Shown in pieces: positions 12,727-24,699 of a DNA stretch of 64,000 nt. The position numbers and the translations under genes are program-made. Source of the DNA: Stegostoma tigrinum (lineage: Eukaryota); assembly GCF_030684315.1 (NCBI RefSeq), contig NC_081387.1, forward strand, positions 9,506,822 through 9,570,821, given 5' to 3'. Under the pieces are notes generated by a model. It was given only the letters and a program-made list of their open reading frames with translations, did no database searches and was not told the DNA's origin. Position 1 is the first letter of the stretch. Every line of letters begins with the position of its first letter.

Positions 12727-13087
12727 ATATTGCAATCCTTCTATCCATGCCATTTCTAAAACAACATATTTCTCTGTTTATACCTCATTTGCCAGCTACC
12801 TTCTCACTCCACGAACTTGTCAATGACCTTTTGGATTTCTACACTGTTCTCTCACAGTTTATGATGCTTTCAAGTTTTGTATCATCTCGTAATTTACACT
12901 GTGCAGAGAAATTTAAATAATTAAATGTTCGTTGGGAAATTAACACCTCCCAATTCTGAGCTCTGCAGAAATCCACTACATGTGTTCATTTGACTTGAAA
13001 AGTTATTCATTAGCTATTAATGTCAGTGTCCTACCAATCAACCAATACAGCTTCCACTTTACGAGTAGTTAAACTATGGATACTTAC

Positions 13088-13172
13088 CAAGAATAGCAAC
13101 AGTAGCAAGGAGAGAACAGTAAATCTTTTCTATACCAACAACTAATCAACTAAGCCTCTTTGGCTGGAGCTT
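13088..13172 (-). pseudogene. Orphan GPR139-like exon 1 (pseudogene B)
   Basis: KLQPKRLS*LVVGIEKIYCSLLATVAIL-G|gtaagt, with the same phase-1 donor as the other copies. No ATG and an in-frame stop; no matching exon 2 found. Confidence 0.75.
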
Positions 13173-13436
13173 GTGATCCTTCTTTATTCTCCTACTGCCA
13201 GGAAGAAAGTGAAAATAACTGAAATGAGTCGATTGTTAAAAGCCGAGGTAAAATGTCCAGTGACGTAGTTTAGTTCGAAGGAGACCAGCATTCATGGTAG
13301 TCGCTGAACCAACAGGGCCAGTTGACCCTCTTTCCAAACAATATGTGCACTGTCAAAACATGCTAACGCTTCCATATCCATGAAAAGGATCTGGCGGCCA
13401 TTGGTTAGACTGATAATGTTTAAATCATTGTTAGTT

Positions 13437-13714
13437 GACACGGTGTCTCAGTGATTTGCACAGCTGCCTCACAGCGCCAGGTACCCAGGTACAATTGCAG
13501 CCTTGGGTAACTGTCTGTGGAGTTTGTACATTCTTCTCATGTCTGCGTGGGTTTCCTTCGGCAGTGTAGGTGGATTGGCCATATTGTCCAGGGACGTTTG
13601 GGTCAGACATGGAAAATCAAGAGTAGGATAATGGTTCTGGGTGGGGAGCTCTTCAGAGAAGCGCTGTCGACGTATTAGGCCAAATGGCCTGTTTGCACAC
13701 TGTGGGTAATCTAT
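13437..13714 (+). mobile_element. HE1/V-SINE-type SINE
   Basis: tRNA-like head (cacggtgtctcagtg...gctgcctcacagcgccagg), V-domain gagtttgtacattcttctcatgtctgcgtgggtttcc, and tail ggccaaatggcctgttt...ctatg. Confidence 0.85.
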
Positions 13715-16510
13715 GCTAAATTTATTCAATTTCTAGGCCACTTACTCATACCGGTAAGAGTGCACTACACTGCTGTGTTTCTAGAACCAGGAAGTAACAG
13801 CTAAATATGACAAATGTTTTTTCTTAAAGAACATTCCTGAGAGAGTCGATTATTTTGATGATATTCCGCACAAATAAAATAATTTACTCATCTGTTTTGT
13901 GGCACTGTGTGAAATACATTTTGTAATTCTATGAACTCCGAACGAATAACATTGTTATTATCAACGCACTTAGTTTCTATGCAAAAACAATATAAACGGG
14001 TTAAATACACTATCCCTTTTAAAACAATCTTGCTGATGAAGAACGATTTGAATGTTGTATTAACACTGTGCTTTCGTCCAGGCCAATAATATTAGACTTT
14101 CTTCAGCAGGTTGTGCAGTTTGTAACATTAAATTGGCAAGATCAGAGATCATGCTAAAATTATGTCTTTCCACAACATCTCATTAGTCAGTGGAACCATT
14201 TAATCATACTTATTCAGTGAGTTTGTTTCATTTTCGGTATGATGTTGCTTTTATTTCTCCTGATTTTATTATTATGGAAATGTCCATGCAAAGAATGGCA
14301 GATTCTAAAGTTCAGCCTTTCTCATAGCTGCCATTTTCCCCTTCATAGTAAGAGAGTACTATAATAGCAACCTATGCTTATAGTACAAAAATCTATTTGG
14401 GGCGGTGATGGTGTTGTTGATACATTTAAAAATGCAAAGTTTGTAAGACCTATATGCGGGGATAATCTCAAACATTTTGGAACAGTACTCAGCATCCAGT
14501 TGTCACCTTTTAGATTTTGCATTGTTGATGCGATTCTATAGCTGAATGGCATCTTCTGTGCTCTTTGACTCCGTGACGATAATTTAACATTTTGCCCTGT
14601 GACTCTGATTCTCAACAGCAATTCATTTCATAAATGGCTTTATAAGGAACATCAGTAAAACTAAATTGATTTATTGCATTGCCCTTCAGTCGATCCCATT
14701 CGAATACTTTTTAACAGTATTAAGGTTTGGATTGATTATCAGTGCGAAGGAATCCCGATTACACAATCAAACAGATGATTTTCCACCAGGTTGCCATAGC
14801 TATGCAAACATGCAAGTATGCAAATATTCCTTGTTGTGTTTACTAATTGCGAAAACACAACTATTTTCAATGTAACATGAAAGAAACTGGCAGAGCGACA
14901 GTAACATGCAGCCTACCATTGAGGAACTGCGAGCCGACGTTTGTTTGTCATTTAGCTCAGTTGATTCAATGGTTGGATTGCAACGCATAACAACACTGAC
15001 AGCCTGGCACACCAGCTGAAGTTCCCAAGACACACCTCCCCTGAAGTGTGGTGAGCTTCAGGCTAAGCCACTACTCGGCATTTCCTCACAGCACCGTGAT
15101 ATAAGCAATATTGTCTTTCTAATCCTCATGCATTAGTGCATCAGGAGTCGTAACTTTAATTTAATGTCTGCTATCATTGTCTGGTAGACAGAGTCCTCTG
15201 TAGATAACACAGTTAGGAGACAATGCTACGCAGATTTTGAAATTGGTTTGAATGAAATATAAATGACAGCTTTTTTTTTCAATCAATGTCAGATAGGTTC
15301 ATTAGTTTACTTCTTTGCTCGTGTAACATGCCAATCCTTGAAAGGTGGTATCTGGCTTTAAGTTACGTTCTTAACTTGGCCCTTGTGGAATCATTGCTAC
15401 TAAAGTTTTTTTTATTATTATTATTTTGTCCAGCTGGTGTCTGCTTGAAAGCGCCAAACCACATCTCATCAACGTGCAAAATTCATGGACATGGTTGCTG
15501 TTGCCGTTTGAAGGAATCACACAGCAATGTTTTCGTTTTCTGGTGATTGATGTTAAAGATTTTTCACAGATTTTTGATAACATTGTCTTATGAGGTTTGT
15601 GCACTCTCTGATTTCTTGACACAAGCTATGAAGTCATATCGCACAGCTTTGGTCACGTGCTATTTTCTACCCTGTGAATCAGCCCGAGACGTCACTGCCT
15701 TATTTTGTGGGTTAGTGGTTTTGTATCCTGGAAGGACAGTTTGATCAATTATTTTGACTTAGAGTGGGATATAAATGAAAGTCCACACAGGTTAGAGTTG
15801 GAATTTCCAGATCCTTTATAGTTTACAGGAGCATGTTGCCTAGGCTTCACTGCCTTAGCCAACTGCTGATGCTACGGCAATTCAAAGGAATTATCATGAT
15901 ATTACAGTTAGTTTTTCGTGCGGTCATTTGTGGTTTCTTCACCAGCTGCATCTCCAACATGCCTTAGTAATGCATGTTTTCAATTCAGGGTTATGAGGCA
16001 AGTGACCTGTTATTAAATTACAAGTTTACAGATGTCCTTGATATTTCCAACAGACAATTATTGAGTCCCGTCATAGCCAAAGACACTATAGTTTGATCAA
16101 TAGCGACAGTTTTCTGGAGAGTACTGATGAACGACAGCAAGCCAGTTTCTAGAGCCCGATAATGCATAATCATTGCATAGCTGTTCTTCTTTCTTTGCAA
16201 GCAATGGTACATCATCAGCACAGAAGAGTTCTTTGATCTCGAATTATTACACTTTCGTATTTGCTTTTAATTTCATCACGATATCAACCTATTGTGGACT
16301 TATTGTTGACCTGCACTGTGGTTTGTGGTCCCCAGGGAAACTTAGGTTATTTGCACCAAAAGAAAAATGACAAAGCAATTGTACTTTTATTTCACTATAT
16401 ATCTCTGGATGAAGTAATAATATTTTGGTATCTCTTAAGATACCGCAAATTTGCCGATATTCGATCGCCAGTCTGAATTATCTTTTCATTTTTAACAATC
16501 TTACACACAG

Positions 16511-16880
16511 TTAACATCATGACCGTTATGGTATTATATCAGGAAGGTGTAATTTCTCCAGATGTGTTCCACACTACCTGGTGGTCATGGCAGCCTCAGA
16601 TATACCTGCTGCTATTATTGGCTTGAAAATGAGGCGTATTTCCCATGGTTTACCTGAAAAACAAGCAGTTTCGTTTACTCCACCCTATCATGTAATGTCT
16701 GTGCTATTCAATTTTACGCTACTACAGAGGGTTCTTCATGGCTCAATAGCACTTCTGCCTTTGATCGATTTGTGATTCTGTGTTCCCACAGAGTTAGACA
16801 TTGTACAGGAGAACTACAGCTGTGTCTCTGCGGAGTAACTGCACTGAGCTTTTTAAAGGATATCACATGGGGTCTTTATG
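16511..16880 (+). pseudogene. GPR139-like exon 2 remnant (pseudogene C)
   Basis: Acceptor cttacacacag then VNIMTVMVLYQ..HYLVVMAASD...; after a frameshift YATTEGSSWLNSTSAFDRFVILC (gat cga ttt at 16763-16771)...LKDITW. Confidence 0.82.
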
Positions 16881-19800
16881 AAAAGCGATCGAATGTTCAG
16901 GGTCACAGGCAAACTGCTCAACAGCACAACTAGATTGTATATATAAGCTCAATTGAAGAGTAGCTCTGAGTTGGTTGTGATAACTATGAGAAATTATTGA
17001 GTGAAGTGGAGTAGTAAATACCCACAACGAAAATAAAACAAATTACACAATATAGCCTACACATTTTTAGTGAGGAACTTTCATGTTTAAGACATCACTC
17101 ATTATTAAAGTTACCAATGAGATCCCATAGTACATACACTTAAAGCAGCTTCTTACAAAATACAGTGCAAGTGGTGTTTTTAGGTTTTGTATTCGCTATT
17201 GCAAGTTTTTCTATCCTCTCTGATTTAGTGTCTGAGATACTATCTCATTCAGTATATGGAAATACACACTTGAGACAAAAACAACTAATTTTCATTTCAA
17301 GCAGAACGTATTTCCTGATAATTCACATAATTTTATCCAGACTATTGTCAATGGAACAAATTCATTCATCCAAAGAATTTCCTTTTCTTAAAAAACTTCA
17401 GGCAGCATTACAACTTAACAATAAGCACAACAACATTGTGTTTGGTGTTCACCAAATAAAACTATGTCCTTCTATTTACATAAATTGATATTATGGAATG
17501 TACAACTGGGACACAGCCTGATACAAATGAATCATGTAATTCGAAAAAAAAGTCACAAGATCCAAAATGTATGCCTGTGACTTTTTTCCATGTCTCCAAC
17601 TCTCCATCTTGTTCTCAGATTCATTTCATTCGTCTGCATTCAGCTGTGCTCAGGAGGGAGCAGAAAGCATTACCACCTGACATTGGGATTACTCCCGAAT
17701 CACGGTATTTTGAGGTACTTGACGAAAACAATACGTCATAATGCTGAACAAAATGTAATAACTAAACAGCAACCAAGTGGAAATACGTGATACATTAAAC
17801 GTTGGGATCTTTTGTGGAGCAGTAATTGGACTCAAAAACAAGAGATTACAATAAAGTTGAAAATACAATGATGAAATTATTAAAATAAGAATCAATCAAA
17901 ATACACTTTTCCAACTCAGAGTTGATGTGTTTGCAAGGAAAGGAAATACCATGTCAGCAGCTTGACAAAATGCATCAGCTGCAGGATCCAATCTTATTTT
18001 CAACAGATTATTTCCAGTCCACACTATCCTTCTTTATTATATCATTATCCACTGGAGTTCTTTCAATAACTCCAATAATGTATTTGCCTATTTTCGCTTT
18101 GGAGGTTGAATAACGATCTTGTACACCTCAAAGTCATTTGAGGCTTCTAGAACGCACAGTTATAATTCTTTTCCAGATGTTGTATGAGCAGAAATTTCTG
18201 TCCTTGGCAATGACATTTGGATATCTCAGGTATAAATCACAAATGGGCTATGTTAAATTGGAGTTGAATTAGCAACAGATACGGCACCTTTTGCAATCCT
18301 CTCCCTGCTCTAATTAAATGCTTCAACTTTCTCTTGGCCCATTATAAAATTCATCTCCTGAATTTATCCTCTATAATACAATATGCATATCCTTCTTCCT
18401 GATTATCGGACGCAAAACTCCCCATATGCTTTCCTCAATAAATCCCCACAACAATTTCCCTGCTCACATTCTTCCCTCTTCTTTTCCCATCCATGATTTT
18501 TCCCACTCTCATTTACAATTCTTCAACCACTTCTCCACAATCTCCTCCAATTCTATGAGCACTGCTCCCGTTTCCCCATAGTTAGAATCACTCCAGTGCA
18601 GAAAAAGACAATTTGGCCCATCGAGTATGCACCAACCCTCCGAAGATCATTCCACCTCACATTAACTAAGGATAATCTATCTAAGATGCAATTCAGTTCG
18701 ATATTTTATCCTCTCAATCGCATTCCCATCTCATCTAACATTTCTTCCTCCTCCAATTCTCACTCAATTGCCTCTCCCTCTCAACATCCCATTTTACAAC
18801 TCCATTTCCCAATGCTATTCCTCGGATCCCTCTTCCCTATGCTGCTGCTCTTTCCCAGTCTGCAATCTTCACAATCATTAATACTCTTACTGCACCAGCT
18901 CACCCCCACATCACGTTTCTTCTCGCATTCGAATCTGGCTCATTCTTCCTTCTACCCTTCGGCTTGCACTCAATGATCCACGCTCCTTTCACCCATTTCT
19001 CCAATTCTGTTTCATAACTAGCAGATCATTCTTCCCTTTAAACCCTCCTTTGTTTCTGTTACCCATAACATACACTCCATACCCTTTCTCGTAGACAACT
19101 CTCACAATGCTATTACTCTCAATTCTCGCTTCAGTGACGCCCCCATATTCCCATTCCTTTTCTCCCCTACCCCATACCTTCGAAGAAACTCTTCTGGAAC
19201 TCGTTCTCACTTTTTGTTTGAAGTTTTGACTCTTCTCATTTAGATCTTGTGTTGAAACACTCATACCATTCTTTCTGTATTATCTTTGTCTGTTACCTTC
19301 TCCCGGTAGTTTTGCATGTGCATTAGGAGAAGGATCTGCTTTTGTTCCTGCTTTTCCTGTATATCTTGCTCCTTATCAGAAATCCTTGGGAAACATGTAT
19401 TCACTGTTCCCAATGAGTGGTGAAGACAAAAAGTACAGAGAAGCGTGAATTCCAAGTTGTGAGTTGATCTCCAAGAATTTTGTTTTAAAAATGTGCCCAG
19501 TGATAAAAGGAAGGTATCCAAAGGCAAAAAGAACTAAGCAACAGCTGCTCTCCTGGATATGGGCATTGATTTTGCATTTCAGCATTTGGGCTCTTTGCAG
19601 TCTCTCAGTTTCATGAAAAAAACACTCCAACCCTGTTCTCTCAGTTTTTCTATCGTAGTGAAATCCATCAAACTAGGGAACCTCTGTTGATTACAGGTGT
19701 TTAGTTAACTTTTCAGCTCACCGATAATTTTATTGTCAATTACAATCCTGTTAGCTCCATCCACATCTGTAAAAATGCCTGCGTTAATACATAATGGTGG

Positions 19801-20699
19801 CGATGTGCTACATGATTCCTGACTGCTACCAATGCTCAGGGCTTCAAGCTCATCATGCACCCAAACACAGTTTCTCATGGCAGTTAAAACGTTGTTCAAT
19901 GTATCCCTCAAGAGCGGGACCAAGGGTAATTTCCTACAATATCTTTACATATACAACCAATACTTTCTCATTGAAGATATAATGGCTTATCATACTTTTA
20001 AAATCAAATTCGGTAAAGTATTAATCAAGCATTTAGTCTCCAGCAATAGACAACAAGTTGCTTCTGAAATATATTTCATCATGTCTCATAACTTGCACGA
20101 CTGAGATGAATTAATTGTGACTGCCTCAATCATTCCATGTAAAAAAAAACTTTTATAACGGTCTCAGGGGAGATTAGTCATTAATCACAAGTTTTTTTTG
20201 AAGATGATTTATTCATTTTGGTTTGGGTTGTAAATTGATTCTGTAATTCACTCCTGAATTAGAAGCTCACAAGTACCTTTTGCATTGATTTTTTTTCAGC
20301 ACTGAAAGTAATTGCTGGTCACATATTTTGTTATATAATTGCATATTTTCAAATCCCACCCCCATTATAACTCAGCACGCCGCCGCACTCCTTATCTTGT
20401 ATGATAGAATGCAAGTTTAGTCTTGACAACATGTCCGTACAGTTCGACCCTTGAATCCCTGGCGGTTTATCATTTGCCCTCGAGGATTATGGATAAATTG
20501 CTGGAACCAACAGCTTGTCCACGTGCTGCGAAATGATTGCAGCAGAGCTATTTGGAGCCGTTGAAATTAATGGTGTCTCTTGATTTGAAGCTTCTTAAGT
20601 CAATGTACTTGTACTCAATCCTTAAACTGACTGGTCAAAATTAAACAAGGCAACGAGATGCCAGGATTCAATAGGAGACAACTCAGGGGCTCTTTTAGC

Positions 20700-20805
20700 A
20701 CACTGATTATGTCCCTACTTCTGAGCCAGGAAGCATGGGTTTAAGTTCTACCTACTCTGGAGGGGTTTAACGAAATGTCGGAATAAGTTGGCTAGGAAAA
20801 TATTG
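20700..20805 (+). mobile_element. Short tRNA-like SINE fragment (related copy on the minus strand at 59058-59165)
   Basis: tgtccctacttctgagccagg...gggtttaagttc...ggaaaatat. Confidence 0.45.
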
Positions 20806-21103
20806 AAGAGACCCGAGGAAGCACTCTTTAGGTGAAAGTTTATTGATAAGTGAATGTAACAGAGTGTTTATCAGAAAATAATGAAATTATAGACATAGTT
20901 TGAATGGCTCATGAAATTTCTGGGAAGTTATAGTTTCCTTTTGCTAATTGATGTCAGAAAAAAGTCTATCACGATTCTTAAAATTTCCCCTCTGTTCTAA
21001 ATGTTGCCCATTGAAACGAGGCTGTGATAACTTGTTTATGCATTTTCCACTAAATTAAACTGAACAGCTGCACTGTCAATATCCCTGAGGAGATCCCATG
21101 CGG

Positions 21104-21111
21104 TATAAATA
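21104..21111 (+). promoter_or_regulatory. Candidate TATA box of the intact GPR139-like gene
   Basis: TATAAATA starting 87 bp upstream of the exon 1 ATG. Confidence 0.5.
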
Positions 21112-21190
21112 GAATCCTCTGTCAATGTAGCTTCACGCAGAGAACTTGTCATTAAAGGGAGAGCAGACCACAAAAATTACACAGAAATTA

Positions 21191-21254
21191 ATGGAATTTT
21201 TTCACAGCATCAGCAAAATATATTACACGATTATTGCTGTCGTCGGTGTGCCTG
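21191..21254 (+). CDS. GPR139-like receptor, coding exon 1
   Basis: MEFFHSISKIYYTIIAVVGVP-G|gtaagt (64 nt, phase 1). Splices in frame to 22524 and completes TM1 (GVPVNL). Confidence 0.9.
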
Positions 21255-21534
21255 GTAAGTAGCTATGACTATGCAAGTTTTGCAAAACTGTGTGTCATAT
21301 GGTTACTGTTTTTGTTCTGTGCCTATCAAAGCTACATGGTGATCTGAAGGCGATCCCCAGAAAGACGTTTGCTCTGTGATACCTTGTCTTGCCCAAAAGT
21401 GATGAAATACTTAAACGGTGAGATCCTATCTTCTCAACGGATAACAGACATAATTGCAAGTCAAAGGCTCATTGAATTGCATAGTCAGTGCACTTTGTAG
21501 AATATTGTGCTCAGCTGAATCAAAAACAATGCAG

Positions 21535-22219
21535 GCAATAAACAACTGCACCTCCCAGTCGCAAACCATTTCCACTCCCCCTCCCATTCTTTAGATGACA
21601 TGTCCATCATGGGCCTCCTGCAGTGCCACAATGATGCCACCCGAAGGTTGCAGGAACAGCAACTCATATTCCGTTTGGGAACCCTGCAGCCCAATGGTAT
21701 CAATGTGGACTTCACCAGCTTCAAAATCTCCCCTTCCCCCACTGCATCCCAAAACCAGCCCAGTTCGTCCCCTCCCCCCACTGCACCACACAACCAGCCC
21801 AGCTCTTCCCCTCCACCCACTGCATCCCAAAACCAGTCCAACCTGTCTCTGCCTCCCTAACCTGTTCTTCCTCTCACCCATCCCTTCCTCCCACCCCAAG
21901 CTGCACCTCCATCTCCTACCTACTAACCTCATCCCACCTCCTTGACCTGTCCATCTTCCCTGGACTGACCTATCCCCACCCCACCTCCCCACCTATACGC
22001 TCCTCTCCACCTATCTTCTTTTCTCTCCATCTTCGATCCGCCTCCCCTCTCTCCCTATTTATTCCAGAACCCTCACCCCATCCCCCTCTCTGATGAAGGG
22101 CCTATGCCCGAAACGTCAGCTTTTGTGCTCCTGAGATGCTGCTGGGCCTGCTGTGTTCATCCAGCCTCACATTTTATTATCTTGGATTCGACAGCATCTG
22201 CAGTTCCCATTATCTCTGA
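21535..22219 (+). mobile_element. Penelope-like element 3' fragment in the GPR139-like intron
   Basis: Nearly identical to ~42990-43670: GIY-YIG C-terminus (RRLQEQQLIFRLGTLQPNGIN), 39-bp internal repeats, a C-rich tract and the terminal region. Confidence 0.9.
22088..22119 (+). ncRNA. Minimal type I hammerhead ribozyme-like motif (Penelope-associated)
   Basis: CTGATGA-A-GGGC-CTAT-GCCC-GAAA-CG-TC-AG: core, 4-bp stem II and palindromic ACGT stem III, but only 2 contiguous bp of stem I. Confidence 0.6.
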
Positions 22220-22523
22220 TAGCTCATGATATTACTTTGGGTTGCAGTAGAGTCTGGCAGTCTCCACAGCACTTTTTTTTTCAGTGCGAAATTCACTCTA
22301 TGTGGAAGCATCGCTTATTCATGAAAGAAAAAAAAATTATGTGCATGAACTGTTTAGCATCTAGTATTTACAAATTAATCACACTGCAACTATTTTTTAA
22401 AAAATAGTTCATCCTCTTATTTTGCCTACAAATCTACATATAGAGAAACCTTACCTTGTCTACCTGAATCCTGTAATATGTCATCAGTAAATTTCAGCCT
22501 TTTTTTTCTTGTCCCTCTTACAG

Positions 22524-23434
22524 TTAATTTAGTTGCAATTTTAATCTTATCCCGGGGAAAGTGCGGCCTTTCGAAATGCACGACGTACTACCTCGTCGCT
22601 ATGGCAACCACGGATCTACTGGTCATTACCACTGCAGTCATATTTGAGAAGATAAATACTTATTATTTTCCAGGATCATTCCTGGATATCACTCCCATAT
22701 GCAGTGTTATCTTCGTCCTTTGCTATGTAGCCACAGACTGTTCTGTTTGGTTCACTGTCACTTTCTCCTTTGATCGATTTGTGGCCATCTGTTGCCAGAA
22801 GCTGAAAGGAAAATATTGCTCAGAGAAAACAGTCACCGTGGTTCTTGCAACAACCTGCATTTTGCTCTGTTTAAAAAATATCCCCTGGTACTTTGCAGTT
22901 GAATCAAAAGAGTTAATTGACAATATACCTTTTTTCTGCAATATAAAACCAAGCTATTATACTGATCCAGGCTGGGTGGGGTATAATTGTGTTGATAAGG
23001 CATTAACTCCATTGCTCCCATATATTTTTATTCTGTTATTCAATGCTCTTACAGTAAGACACATATTCGTTACTAGTCGCGTCCGTAAGAACCTCAGGAG
23101 CCAAAGAAAATGTGACAATCACAGTGATCCAGAGATGGAAAGCAGAAGGAAATCTGTGATCTTACTGTTCACCATATCTGGTAGCTTCGTACTCTTGTGG
23201 CTGTTATACCTTGTGGAATTCTTTCTGTATATCATTACTGGAATGAATCCCGAGTATTACAATCATTCTTTATGTATATTTGCAAATGTTGCAATTATGA
23301 CGCTGAATTTAAACTGCTGTACAAACGCATTTATTTATGGGGTAACTCAGTCCAGGTTCAGAGAGCAATTCAAAAGTGCTGTTAAATATCCTGTCATATT
23401 AATTATTCGAAATCTTAATAAACACAACAACTGA
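22524..23434 (+). CDS. GPR139-like class A GPCR, coding exon 2 (spliced product 324 aa)
   Basis: Polypyrimidine acceptor ...ctcttacag; open 7TM frame with YYLVAMATTDLL, FDRFVAIC, LLPYIFILLFN, SVILLFTISGSF and CTNAFIYG; stop at 23432-23434. Confidence 0.93.
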
Positions 23435-24699
23435 GACAGCTTCAAACAGGCAATCTATTGGTTTTCATGGCTGTGGGTCTCCTGGAGTGGCAATAATCTC
23501 AAAATTTTTCCTGGCTAATACTGTTCGAAATTTTACTTTTTCTGAAGCTATCTTCAACAATATGGATGGCTGAGCTAATCTGGTAACTGGATATAGTTGG
23601 TGAGATCAGAGTATGACTGATACGGAAGCATATTGTTTGAGGTGACAAGAGGTTGTGATGGTACGTTATCAGGTGTTGTAGCAGTTGTACAGGCTGGTGG
23701 ATTTCTAGGTGGTTGATGCTCTCAGAGGGAGGCAGGTGGGTGAACTTTGAGAACGGCAACCTGGTACGTGTGTCAGATAGCTTCTGATCCAGGTGACAGC
23801 TGGATCAGTCGTCAGATGTTGCGTTTGTACAAAGCTGGAATGTTAGGTTCCCGAGTGAGTTGGTGAGTCAAGTGGACGATATTTGAATTTGTAGTCTGAT
23901 GAGATGGAGATTGGTCGATGTTATCAGATGGCAACTCAATAGGACGGCTGCTGGTTTAACTACCTGCTAATTGGCAGTAATTATACTTTTCCTTAATCTC
24001 TAAATTTGAATTTATTCTAATTTTACCAGAATAATTCCCAATTTGTACTAAATTTCTTTGTGTGCAATCGGCTTCTCTCTGTTTGTCTTTAGCAAGGTCG
24101 CACTGAAAAGACTGAGGGCAGCGTGGATCTTTCAGCTGCTCCTGAGATTTAGTCTTATAACTAGATTTCCTTCCAAATCTCTTACAGCCATTATATTTCA
24201 CTGTAATAAGGTTTTTAGCTAAGTACATGAACACGACATCTTTGGAGGGATTTGGGCTATGCTCAGGCAGGTGAAACTTACTTAATTTCGGAATTCGGTC
24301 AGCAGGGACGGGTTGGATCCAAGGATTCGTTTCCGTGCCGTACGACTGTCCCCCTCTATGAGTGAAACTGCTTCTTTTCTTAACCCGAGCGCACGTTCAG
24401 GGGTATGTTCAAGGCATTGTAGAAAACAGCGAGTTTCAAGTTTGATCGGTTGTTTATCAGGATGGATCACACGGCTTTCATAATGGATGCGATACTGACA
24501 GTGCTAAAGGAGGAACAGACAGGGTCTGATGTCAGAGAACAGAAATATTAGCAATCACAATCACAACCTGTGATTTGGAGTCTCTGTGAGGCTGAATCGC
24601 TGGAGTTTATGAACTGCTGTGATGACCAGAACACTGCTGCTTCACACTGGATCGATTATCGCTGTACCCATGATAATTGGATGAATATACAGCCGTACT

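Noticed and set aside
13715-13760. ccg|gtaag as exon 1 of pseudogene C
   Set aside because: The upstream codons do not convincingly match the KIYY..G.P pattern.
22478-22523. ORF-track start MSSVNFSLFFLVPLT for the GPR139-like gene
   Set aside because: This is the intron's polypyrimidine tract; the real N-terminus is exon 1 at 21191-21254.
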